A stretch of 63,968 nucleotides of DNA, counting the filler, from Octopus bimaculoides (taxonomy: Eukaryota): NCBI RefSeq assembly GCF_001194135.2. It is 6 parts of 6 records of this genome, joined end to end, with 100 filler letters (N's around TTAATTAATTAA, not from the genome) between each part and the next. Parts side by side here need not be neighbours in the genome. Positions count along the whole stretch, not along the records: positions 1 to 31,988 come from NC_068987.1; positions 32,089 to 40,483 come from NC_068997.1; 4 more parts are not named here. One strand, 5' to 3'. Shown one piece after another: positions 25,386 to 37,418 of the stretch (its first letter is position 1; the number at the start of each line of letters is the position of its first letter). The notes under the pieces are model-generated. The model was not told the DNA's origin and did no database searches. It was given only the letters and a program-made list of their open reading frames with translations. The position numbers and the translations under genes are program-made.

Positions 25386-25930
25386 TGTGTGTGTGTGTGA
25401 ACACGGGAACATTCGTGGTAGTATTCAGTAACTTTCAGAGACGGGGTCGATATAACAAATACCAATATTGAAGAAGAATCGATTGATTCGACTCCATCCC
25501 AAAATAGTTTTGGCCTTGAGCCAAACGTTAGAAAATATATCAGACGATGCCTTCGAAATGATTCTTGTTGTTGATGATATTAATATTGATGCCGGTGTTT
25601 AATAAGCAGACACACGATCAAAGGCGTTCTACTCTTCACGATCTCGTTTTTCTGTCCTGTTGGCATTGCGTGTCTGTGACAATATTATCCAATATTTCTT
25701 TCCTTTCTTTTTTCCAAAACTCTCAGGTGTATTCCCTAGGATGATTTGGCTGCTATTTCTCACCAATAATAAACTGCAGCCAAATTTCTCTCTGATGTCT
25801 CTTATTAAAAGTGTATATGATATGCATAAATTTTGGATCACTATGGTTGACATTTTTATACGAGCTAATAACTTTTTAACATGAATCTAGGGTTAATGTA
25901 GCTGACATTATATGTACGTGGTTCTGAGTT

Positions 25931-26066
25931 CAATTTCACTAGGCGGCAATATAACGTCATTTCGACTGATGACGAGTGAGTGAAATTGGGACCATTACAC
26001 CTGCCGGATCATTAGACTTGCCGGACCATTAGACCTGCCGGACCATTAGACCAGGCGGTCTAATAG
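25931..26066. repeat. Nested inverted repeats plus a 17-bp tandem array (ggaccattagacctgcc, about 4 copies) and an inverted partial copy
   Basis: caatttcact/agtgaaattg; cgtcat/atgacg; units at 25989, 26006, 26023 and 26040; ggtctaatag at 26057. Confidence 0.8.
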
Positions 26067-27797
26067 TGCGATTCACTCAACGTTGTCCACTGCGTTTCAG
26101 TTAAAGCTACGGCTTTAATTAAATCTGTCCAGAGTTGCCTCTCCTCGGTATTTTCCATTGTTAACAGCTAAAGAACTAGAAATGTGTCTGGGAATCCGAC
26201 AGGCGTGTATATATGCACGTGATAGGAGAGTTTAAAGCATATACCTGTCACCCTATTTCATAGGCACATAAGCACGCGACTCTTTCATCGGATGACCGTA
26301 ATTAGTGAAACATTGCTCCTTGTTTGACTTGAAAAGTAGCTGCTTATCGCTCACAGATAGGCTAGGTTCCCAATGAGTGTGTTGGATTCATTGAAGAATT
26401 ATGAAGGTATGTCTGAGATGAAAGGGAAGAAACGTGATGCATAATATCATTTTGTTAATAGGAGAGGTAAGCCACCGAGTTATTTTCGTTTCAGTTCGTT
26501 GGAACCGGCACAAGAGAAAGACATATCAGTGTTAAGAATTGTAAATCACTTAGAACTTTTTTCTTTATCTGTAGAAGCATAACAATCTGCTTCTCTCGAT
26601 GTGGCCTAGTTGGCAATGCTTACATTAGAATAGTCATATCCTTGGTGTTTATGCCTCTCATTCAAAAGAGATTTGCAAGTTGAATTTTTTACTCTCGCTA
26701 GGCCCTAAGTAGGAGTAGGGATATTGATTTTACCATCCGCTGGGGTTGTTGTTCCTCTGAGTAGTTCTAAAGATCATGGCATGAAAAGTAATATCCACCA
26801 ATCTGGACAAGTTGCTTGATTTCGGCACCTGTGGTTTTAAACTGGGTATAGATAAGTGCCTTGGTTGTAGCGTTCAATTCTGGAACCAATGTTTTCTAAG
26901 CAAGTAAATCTAGCATTAACTTTATGTGCATTAAAAAGTTTGAACTATCTACGTGAAGACGGCACGTGAGGCTTAACGGAGAAATATCTGTAGTCGTCTC
27001 CAAATTATGAGATGATCAATACAAGAATAATTTCTGCACTGGTTCTGTTTAGGCCCAGCATGCGTGCAGAATTCTTCATATAAAGAAACTTTTCTTTGAG
27101 GCCGTTGTATGCATGCATACGTTGCGGTGTTGCGTATGTTGGTGGTATAAATATGCTTATTCAGCAGAGAAAAAGTATATCGAGGACAATAACTCGGGAG
27201 CTTTCGTATGGGCCCATTATTGCAATTACTGAGAGTTTGCAAATGATGAACACCACACGCGCTTTTAAGCCAAAGTACAGAATGCTAAAAGATGGAGATC
27301 AAATATCCTTCTAGCTAAGTAAAACATTATGCAAAACAAGGAAATATAATCATGGTAAAATGGCTTTAAACATTGAATGAAAAAGAACTGAGAAAGTGAA
27401 GACAGTTTTACAAAATCAACAAGGATTTCAGTTTAGAAAATTTTCCATTTCTTATATATGTTCATATGGACGTTATACATTTTCTGTATGAATATGTATA
27501 AATATCCTCTAGGCAATGTTTGAAGATATTGTTAAAAAAACAATAGATGATCGGATAAATAATTGAGGCACACCAATTGGGAAATTGCAAATTTTAGATG
27601 TATATGTTGTATTATATTTCATGATTTTCAGTATGCTCAGGTGTTTTATATCGTTATTCTGAAAAAAGGATTCTTCGGTTCCTGTCGAATTTTCAATCGA
27701 TAGCACTGAAACAAGAATAAAGAGATGTATTTCCCCTTTCATTAAAATACGTTTAAAATACAATAAAGATGCTGGATTCTTCTATGAAGAAGCGAGT

Positions 27798-28093
27798 GAA
27801 TGCGCGTGATTTAATGTTTAGGATATTCGGCTGACAGTCGTAAGCTCGTGGGTTCGATTCTTGACGGCGCGTTATGTCATTGAGTAAGACGCTTCATTTC
27901 ACGTTCCTCCAGTCCACTCAGCTAGTAAGAATTAGTTGTACCTGTAATCAAAAGGGCCAGCCTTGAACATTCTCCCTGAGAACTACGCTGAAGGTACGCA
28001 TGTTTGTGAAGTGCTCAGGCACTTTCACAATAAATTCACCAGCAGGCTGATCCGGTGATCGGATCAACTGGTACAGTCGTCATCGTAACTACC
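27798..28093 (+). mobile_element. tRNA-derived SINE (family C/D)
   Basis: gggttcgattc B box. ttgagtaagacgcttcatttcacgttcctccag is shared with 24652-24960, and aagggccagccttg..tctccctg with 61435. Confidence 0.8.
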
Positions 28094-28140
28094 CGAGAGC
28101 CAGTTGAAGAACAGAGAAGTGTGTTGGCGACCGAATAAAC

Positions 28141-28795
28141 ATTTCTTTCTACACTAGGCACAAGGACAAAATTTTGGGGGAAGGGGCCAGTCGATTAGAT
28201 CAAACAATGTACGCATCTGGTACTTAATTTATCGACCCCGATAAGATGAAAGGCAAAGTTGACCTCAGCGGAATTTGAACTCAGACAGTAAAGACTGACT
28301 AAATACCGCAAAGCATTTCGCTCGGCGTGCTAACGTTTCTTATTTCTTTACTGCCTACAAGGGGTCACACACAGAGAGGACAATCAAGGACAGACAAACG
28401 GATTAAGTCGATTATATCGACCTTCAGGGCGTAACCGGTACTTATTTAATCGACCCCGAACGGATGAAAAGCAAAGTCGACCTCGGCGGAATTTGAACTC
28501 AGAATGTAGCGGCAGACGAGTTACCGCTAAGAATTTCGTCCGGCGTACTAACGTTTCTTATTTTTTTATTGCCCACAAGGGGCTAAACATAGAGGGGACA
28601 GACAAGGACAGACAGAGAGGTTAAGTCGATTACATCAACCCCAGTACAGTTGTAACTGGTGCTTATTTTATCGACCCCGAAAAGATGAAAGCGAAGTCGG
28701 CCTCGGCGGAATTTGAACTCAGAACGTAACGGCAGACTAAATACCGCTAAGCATTTTGCCTGGTGTGCTAACGTTTCTACCACCTCGCCGCCTTC
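28141..28795 (-). mobile_element. SINE-B trimer
   Basis: Three ~200-240 bp units with junctions at about 28338 and 28557 (ctaacgtttc|ttattt). Only the rightmost unit has the complete 5' head. Confidence 0.92.
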
Positions 28796-28955
28796 GACTG
28801 AATAAACACTGGTAATTCGAATAAATTATATGGAATTGTCAAAAGAGAAAGAACACCACCTTGGACGATTGTCACAGACCATTTTCACCAGGGATTTAGT
28901 AATCTCAGCCCAAGAATTTAACCAGGCAACGGATTAGTTGTACTTTTCAAGTATG

Positions 28956-29174
28956 CAGTAATCCCTCGACTATTGCGGTTGTTACATTCCAAAAAAGCCC
29001 GCGATAGGTGAAAATCTGAGAAGTAGAATCAGTACTGGACGGTATTTTTTTTTTAATTTTTATAATTTGCGTATATTTATTTTTTATGACTGCAAAACAA
29101 CACCACGGAGCTATGGACATAAGCTTAAATAATAAACCCCGATAGGTGAACCGCGAAGTGGCCTGAGATTACTG
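28956..29174. mobile_element. Tigger/pogo-like MITE
   Basis: Termini CAGTAATC...GCGGTT and AACCGCG...GATTACTG followed by TA; subterminal cgataggtgaa occurs twice. Confidence 0.7.
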
Positions 29175-30603
29175 TATATGTTTTAGCATCGGAAGAGAAG
29201 ATTTGCAATATCTCCGCTTTTGCTTTCCGAGTTCAAATCCAACTTAGAGTATCAATGAAACACAGTTAATTACGAATTCATTTCCTTCAACTCACAATTG
29301 GTCAGCAGGCCATAGTTAGGAAGATATTATAGATAAGCAGTAGTCAAACGGTAGATGAATTGAATGGAATTATTGTAATGTATTGCTTATTTTGTTTGTG
29401 AAGTTATGTATCTAAGTCGCCAGCCTGTGTGGCTCACGATTTTTAGGTTGTAAGTTAGAATCCTGAACAGAGCAAACGTAGAGCGTGTTTTGTCTTTCAT
29501 GAAAAGACTTCATTTCACCTTCCTTCCGTATTTTCGGTTGCAAACGAGTACCAACCGAGTGCTGGTGCAACCATCTCCTCCTCAAACTGTCATATCCTCG
29601 AATGCTCCTATTAGCACCGTAACTTACACACTTTTCCCATATCGAAGTCAAGAGAAATTTCGATAAGCTGATTGTTACTATAAAATTCAATCCTCCGTTT
29701 ATCAGCTACTGCTGCTAAGAGTGCGAATAAAAATCTACAAAAATATACGGAGTGGAACAGGTAGAATATTAGCCACAATAATTTTATAACTTACTAACCT
29801 TCATTGTGGCTATTCTTCGGGCCAAGCCATCTCAATGAAGTATACATTGTCGCGGGAAGTAAACTAAATGCTAACATCCTGAAGAATAGGTACGCTGAGA
29901 AGCGTTCGTTACGTAACGACTTGCATAATGAACTTCAGCAACTTAGGAAACGACTGTAGCTAATGTTCTGCTTGATCCATACTTTATACCGTTTGGAAGT
30001 ATATATAAACATACATATATATGTATATGAGTATATATGCATACATACACACATGCATGCATACATACACACATGCACACATATACACACATATATTTAT
30101 ACGAACACATACACACACATATCCTAAATAGAGACGAAAACGATGCTGTATGAGATAGACTGGGTTGTTAAAGACTTCCTTATCATGAACCAATGGTAAC
30201 CTTAATCCAAATATAAAGAATCTTCATCTACCTATTTGGTGTTGAGCATTCATTCTCATTGTTCGATATTTACGTACATATAAATATATAGAGGTATATA
30301 AATATGTATGTATATACGTATGTACGCAGTAAATTATAGTTCAATCAAACACTTATTTAGTTTGTTAGGGATAGCCTGTAGAATTGAGAATATGCATCTT
30401 TCTGTTTAAATGCGTGTGTGTACGGTGTGTGATGTTGAAATCAAGTGAATATACGAATGTCATTTTCGAAGGGTATTCTCAATCTATATTCATGTGTTGC
30501 TCAGCCCAGCGCAATCCTCATCAACAAGAAATATAATCGAAGGTATTTTCACTGCTTTCACCCTGTCTTATTTTTAATACATATTATGTAACACATTATT
30601 TTA

Positions 30604-30642
<39 letters not shown>

Positions 30643-30978
30643 GCGTAGTGAAATTCGCTGCTATTTCTAACAAATCGATCTACCACATACATGCGGCCTA
30701 GTTTACTCAAGGTTTTGTTTTCTTGTCGATTTTTTCATTTTACGCCCATTATCTCTCTGTGGTCGTTCCCGATGTTGCCAATCCAATTTTGCACCGAGAA
30801 ACATCAGGGAACAATGCCACAAAAACATACACCAACTGGTACATTTCGTGGAAGATCAATACCAACAGATCGATCCTAAAACAACGATGTTCTACATTTC
30901 TACATAGAAACGTGAACGGAAATTGAAAAATGTCATCTTTTCCTCCCTCCCCCTCTTCCTCTCTCCTCTATCTTTCTT

Positions 30979-31018
<40 letters not shown>

Positions 31019-31031
31019 TACATACATACAA

Positions 31032-31100
<69 letters not shown>

Positions 31101-31948
31101 CATAAACACATATATACACACATATACATATTTACATGCACACACATGTATATACGTATGAGTGTGAGTCTATGTGTAAATATAAATGTATACACGCACA
31201 GACATATTTATATTTATACATATATATATATATATATATGAATATATGTATATATACATACACATGTATGTACGTAAGTATATATATATATGGTATGTAT
31301 ATATGCATATATGTATGCATCTGTATCTGTATGTATGTATGCATGAATGTACGTAGGTGTGTATGTATGTGTGTAAGTATGTATGTATGTATGTATATAT
31401 GTATTCATGTATATATGTATATATGTAAATAAGCATTAAGATGACTACACAAACCCAGCGGTGAAATCCAGTAACATAGTAAATATAAAGAAAAAGGAAA
31501 AAATGAAATTGGTAAAAAAAAATAAGGGATTAATTTATAAAACAAGGTGATGGTAAGAGGTGGGGGAGCTGATATTGATGTATATATGCACATTGGTACT
31601 TCTATTTCTACACACACACGTACACGCGCGCGTGTATGTGTATATGTATGCATTTGTATTTGTATATATTTGTATATATTTGTTCTGACAAACGTAAACA
31701 CACACGCACACATTTACGCGCAGAGTTACACACCCACGTACAAAAACATGCACGCACGTAAAAAAACACATTCTCAAAAACAATCGTTCATGCGCACACT
31801 CCCACACGCATACACAGAGAAGCACACGCGCATAAACATTCACACACTTATATATACATAGAGAGAAAGAGCGAGAGTGGGAGAGAGTGACAGACAGAAA
31901 GACAGAAAAAAGAGAGACAAATTATACATGCTACATACATACGTTTAG

Positions 31949-31988
<40 letters not shown>

Positions 31989-32088
31989 NNNNNNNNNNNN
32001 NNNNNNNNNNNNNNNNNNNNNNNNNNNNNNNNTTAATTAATTAANNNNNNNNNNNNNNNNNNNNNNNNNNNNNNNNNNNNNNNNNNNN
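31989..32088. other. Artificial 100-bp scaffold join (44 N + TTAATTAATTAA + 44 N); also at 40484, 45547, 54414 and 62422
   Basis: Identical pad five times; the 12-mer has stop codons in all six frames. Confidence 0.95.
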
Positions 32089-32478
32089 CATCGCTTGACA
32101 ACCGATGCTGGTGTGTTTACGTCCCCGTAACTTAGCGGTTCGGCCTTTAGTCCAGCAAATCGACTCCAGGACTTACTCTGTGTAAACCTAGTACTTCTAT
32201 CGGTCTCTTTTGCCGAACCGCTAAGTTACGGGGACGTAAACACACCAGCATCGGTTGTCAAGCGATGTTGGGGGGACAAACACAGACACACAAGCACACA
32301 CATATACATATACACGACGGGCTTCTTTCAGTTTCCGTCTACCAAATCCACTCACAGGGCTTTGTTCGACCCGAAGCTATAGTAGAAGACACCTGTCCAA
32401 GGTGCCACGCAGTGGGACTGAACCCGGGACCATGTGGTTGGTAAGCAAGCTACTTACCACACAGCCACTCCTGCGCCT
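32089..32478 (-). mobile_element. SINE-A (32145-32478) fused to an inverted 56-bp SINE-A segment (32089-32144)
   Basis: 32089-32144 is the exact reverse complement of 32212-32267. Confidence 0.9.
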
Positions 32479-33841
32479 ATAAATAAACAAGCATATACTA
32501 AGTACACAGGCGAACAGGAATCTCAGAAGGTCACTAACTCCTCATCAGTTACCGGCCAGAGAGGTCGAGCACAATTTCAGCCATTACCGATAAGATTGCT
32601 TCCACTCTGTGTACACACACACAGACACACACACACACACACATACACGCACGTGTGTGTGCGCGTGTGTATTTATGAGCGCGTGTGTGTGCGATTGTGT
32701 ATGAATTTGGTCGAATGTGCGTATTCAAACACAAACACATTTTGCAAATATGTAAGAATTCGTTCATATATAATAGTACATGTGTTTATCTATCATGTTC
32801 TATAAAAAATTCATATTTTAACATCCGCCGTTCTACAAACATCGGTTTTTATAAGAAACTACACTCCCCACGTATAAGTATTGCATAAATTAGTATATAT
32901 GAATGAATACAAGCATATATATATATATATATATATACGTATATGTTTGTGTATATCTATGTGTGTACACACACACTTACTCATGCACATACACAAGCAC
33001 ACACACACACACACACACACAAATATACATGTATATATAAATCTCGTACACGACTTCACACACCGCTCAGACAGCTTAGAACTCCACCTCGCACCCTTTA
33101 CTTAGCTTAATTATAAATAACGAACGCACACAGATTTATGTACATTCTTGTTACTGCTTATAGATACACTGGCTCTATAATTTATGCTTCTACCTCTGCG
33201 CACAGACCTCTCTAATCATTGTTAAACACACATGCATACACACACAAATACGAAACAAAAACACGCAAGCACACAACTATACATCCACATTTTTTTCTCT
33301 TTCACTCCCACCTCTCTCTCTAGCAACACTGTTCTTTCATTCTATCACTTAATTTCCGTCTTTCATCCCCCTTCTCCACTGCATCACTTCCGGTCGTTCC
33401 TCGCTTTTGCATAGGGCTACCACGGGTAATTATACACCGTTTCCGTAAATTACTGGACTACATTAATGCTTATGAATCTTTCCTATCTGTTGTTTTACTG
33501 ACATAGCTTATCAATACGATTTTTTTCTTTTATATATTTGTACTGTTTTTTGTTTGTTTGTTTTATAATTCGTTTTTTTGTTTGTTTTGTTTTGATAAAT
33601 CACAATTTTTGATAAACCGAATTAACGCGGCAGTCATTTTCTAAAACATTACTCTTTCATTTTCTTTCTATCTCTCCCTCTTTCACTTTCTCTACAATCA
33701 CACTCATCCACGTACGTGCACACATTTATATATGCGCACACATTCATCCCGACACACACACGCACAAACACACAAACTCATGAATACACTCACACACACA
33801 GGTGTATGTATGCATGTATGTATGTATGTATATGTGTGTGT

Positions 33842-33879
<38 letters not shown>

Positions 33880-33995
33880 CAAAACAGCTTGATTCAAATT
33901 CGTTGGGACTCAGAGTTTCAAGCGTGATGCTAATCTTCAGCCATTTTGAATTTGAATGAATGAAGTTGATTGTTATTACCGTATGGTGGGCTGCG

Positions 33996-34144
33996 ATTGG
34001 TCGAGGAAAGTCACGTGGTGCCGTGGTTTGATGCTGGTACAACCGTATATTAGTGACGACAGTTAGTTAGAAAACACCACATGGTGAACCGGAAATAGAC
34101 CACGTAGTGGACCGGAAATCGACCGCGTGGTGGACAGGAAATCG
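33996..34144. promoter_or_regulatory. Motif cluster: reverse CCAAT, GTCACGTGG E-box, and three 23-bp repeats each with an E-box-like hexamer and ACMGGAAAT (ETS-like)
   Basis: ATTGG 33996-34000; GTCACGTGG 34010-34018; repeat units 34076-34098, 34099-34121 and 34122-34144. Confidence 0.45.
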
Positions 34145-34508
34145 GCCAGGTTGTTGGAGGGGAGGTAGGAAGGAGCGGTATGCGCAAGTATGTAGCTGTA
34201 TATGATGGGTGTGTGGACTCGCTTATATGATTTTGCGTGCATGTCTGTATAGATGTATGTGCATACACGCAAACATACACACACACACACACACATACAT
34301 ACGCACAGAGATTGTGTCTCTCTCTCCCGTTTAGTCTCTCTGTCATTTTTATTTCTGTCCCACTTTGGGTATGATTTGTAGTAAAGAAAAAGAAAGTGAA
34401 AGAAAGAAAGAGAGAGGAAGAGAGAGAGTGAAAGAAAGAGACAGGGGGTATTTAGTACAAATGTCAAGCAAAATGTATGTGACATGAGAGAGTTGAAACA
34501 AGAGCACT

Positions 34509-35733
34509 GTTTTCTTCATCAGCCGTAGACTGCACTACCACGGTTTCTGTACATTTAACAACAGGATCGCTCTTTTCAATATGCAGGCAGATTTAGAAGA
34601 AAAAATATCTTACTAGGCAATGTTGTGGAGAAGGGAGAACGGCAATAGAAGATTAAGGCAACAGAAAGTGAGGGAAGTCTGTTTACGGTATCACAAGGCA
34701 AATTTAAAGCAGAGGGAAATTTACGCAAGATATTTCGCAAGAGTGTGTGTGCGTGTGTGTGCGTGGAGAGTGAGTGAGAGAGAGAGAGCGAGGAGCGGAG
34801 AAAGAGGAAGAAGGAGAGAGAGGGAAGAAAGAAGAAGGAGCGAGAGAAGGGAGAAAGAGAGAGAAGAAGAAGAAGAAGAAGAGAGAGAGAAATGTTAGGA
34901 CATGTGAACCGTTAGGAATCTTTAGGACATGTGAAAGCAGGTATATAGAACACTAATTGACTCTCTTCAGTTGTAAACGGCATTTCCACGTTTTGTGTAC
35001 ATTAAACAACTGCATCGCTACTGCATCAGTATGCATGTAGATTCGAAGAAATGTTTTACAAGGAAATCATATAGAGAAGAATAGATTACAACAGAAGATT
35101 AGTACGAGAGAACATTGCAAAGTCTGTTTACTCTTTCAGGAGCCAAGGTTGTATAAAAGCATAAAAAAATTATTTACGAAATATATTGAGTATAGCACAT
35201 TTTGCGCGTGTGTTTGCATGATAGCGTATGTGCGCACGCATACACAAATTGTTGACTCTGAGCAGACAAAGTTCGCTTTGCAACTATTGTGGTTGAGAAG
35301 ATTGCTTCCTAACCATGTGGTCTTAATTCATATCGACTGCATAGCACCCCGAGCAAGTGCAAATACACCGAGTCAGTTCGAAGCTCTCTCTACCTAGACA
35401 TTTCGGAGTAGTTATTTGAACTGACAACGAGTTCATATTTATACACATCTCTGTTTAGCGCTTCTTTTATTCTTCTTTTATTACGGCCGAGCCGTTGATT
35501 AGCGCAACCAGTTACAGTACACTGACTGGAATATACGAGAAATTTATTTCTTTGTCAGTTAGCAGCGCTTCCCCTCTTCAGTATCTGAGGCTGAAAAGGA
35601 GACAACTACTCCAAAATGTATGCATCTATTAGTCTGGATAGGGGGCGCTTCGAACTGCCTTTGTGCGTTTACATTAAGTTTTCTGCATCAACCGTAGACT
35701 GCATTTCTACGGTTTCTGTACATTTAACAACAG
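34509..35733 (+). repeat. Three dispersed copies of a ~55-bp unique motif (34509-34564, 34961-35012, 35678-35733)
   Basis: Copies 1 and 3 differ at 5 of 56 positions. Copy 2 differs from copy 3 at 7 of 40 over the core ending ...tgtacattwaacaacwg. Confidence 0.85.
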
Positions 35734-35808
35734 TGACTGGCTTTTGGTACAGGTTTTTCATATGGCCGAAGCATATTGGAACTAGTAACAAGTTGATATA
35801 CATACATA

Positions 35809-35858
<50 letters not shown>

Positions 35859-37040
35859 ATCTGAATGTTATTTGGCTGTTATTACTAAAAGGTCAAGCGA
35901 CTATATGACAGGATCCTTCGTTATTTCCTTGGGCACGGAGAGAGGTCAGAGTCAGTTTGTACCTCATGTCTCTTTTCAGAATTATTTGTAATCCTGATAA
36001 TGTTATCGCTTTCATGTCTGCAAAAGACAGCATTTGCTGCAGCTGAGCTCTCTTCTCTACAGCAAATAATGCCCCTCAGCATCGTTATCGTTATCTGAAC
36101 CTCATACAACCACGACTGATTTCAAACTTCGGCCTCATTCCTTACGTAGCCTAAATATCATCTGTCTACATCTTCATTGATTTTAATATTTTCATTAAAC
36201 GCTGTAAATATTAAAAGAACACTTTCCGAACTATTGCAGCCATCTTGTGTTCTTGTCATGAATAATTCAAAAGGCCAAACATAAGAGTCAGCAAAGACAC
36301 GGTAAATGTGTTGTACATGATACGACTGCTATATGGTAAGAAACTGCTCTCTTCTTTTTTTTTTTTTACTATAACCTTGTAAAAGTATTAATTTCTTGCC
36401 CTCACCTTACTAAGGGATCCATCATAAATGACATTTTCACCTTGCTTCCTATGCATTACTTGTGGTTGAGAAATAGTTGGTGTGTAAGAGTGAAGTGTCA
36501 GACTGTTCATGTTTAGGTTTTCGTCGTAGGGCACTAGGTTTCTTCGTTTAATCGTCATAAATATACATTCGGATGCCAGTGAGGTATAGGGTGATGCGAT
36601 CCAATTACTTATTGATGTGCGTATGCATGTGTGTGTATGCGTGTGCATGTGTGCGCGGGCACGCGTGCTTGTGTGTGTGTGTGTGGGTGTGCGTAGTATG
36701 TATGTACGGAGAGATGGGTGGATGCATCAATACTTTTATCTGAGTACGCATGTATTTATCTCTGTCTGCCGTTTGTCTGCCTTTCGTTCTCTGTCTGTTC
36801 CTAATTTTGTCTATGTATGCATACGTGTATGTGTAAATATAAGTAAGTATATATGTAAATACATATGTATCGTATGTATACGTGTATATATATATATATA
36901 TGTAAATGTGTGTGTGTGTGTGTATATATATATATACGCACATTCATGTATATATATACATGTATTTAGTCATATGTATATATATGATGAATGGTATGTA
37001 TATCTATAAATATGTGTATGTGTGTATATATTCTGATTAT

Positions 37041-37296
37041 ATGTCTGTGCACACGTTTGAATGTGGTGTGTGCCAGAGGGTTTGCAAATCCAATGGGGGT
37101 CTTAAAAGACATGTTAGGATCCACAATGAGCAGAACTTACTTGCAGGTATTGGTAGTGCAAATCAGAGGTGCAATCTGTGTGGGTGTTTTTTCAAAACAC
37201 TGTCTGGTTTAAAAAGCCACATCAGACGCCATGAAAGGGCTAAGGTGTAGGTGCAGGAGGTGGTCAAACTCTGTTTAAGGAGTAGACAACCACCAT
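37041..37296 (+). mobile_element. Probable LINE (RTE-like) 3' end encoding two C2H2 zinc fingers
   Basis: FECGVCQRVCKSNGGLKRHVRIH and QRCNLCGCFFKTLSGLKSHIRRH, stop at 37248-37250, 46-nt 3'UTR, then a (TG/TA)n tail. No TGEKP linker and no acceptor AG upstream. Confidence 0.6.
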
Positions 37297-37418
37297 GTAT
37301 GTGTATATATGTATGGGTTGCTATTTGTGTGTTTATGTGTATATATATGTGTGTATATCTATCTACATCCATCCGTGTATCTTTGTGTGTGCTTGTGTGT
37401 CTTTGTGTTTGTGTTTTT

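Noticed and set aside
25255-25438. Identical ~70-bp direct repeat
   Set aside because: The copies flank a 10-N gap, typical of unmerged overlapping contig ends.
32033-32044. Recurring TTAATTAATTAA word (5 times)
   Set aside because: Always centred in a 100-bp N pad; it is an assembly spacer, not biology.
34076-34144. CRISPR-like array (also the 17-bp and 228-bp repeats)
   Set aside because: Units are contiguous without unique spacers, no cas genes are present, and the context is eukaryotic.
35980-36098. Strong + acceptor followed by a signal-peptide-like frame (LFVILIMLSLSCLQKTAFA)
   Set aside because: The frame stops after ~39 codons with no convincing donor, and there is no supporting upstream exon.
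36906-37040. ATG-initiated 114-aa zinc-finger gene as given in the ORF track
   Set aside because: The N-terminal part is translated microsatellite; only 37041 onward is meaningful.
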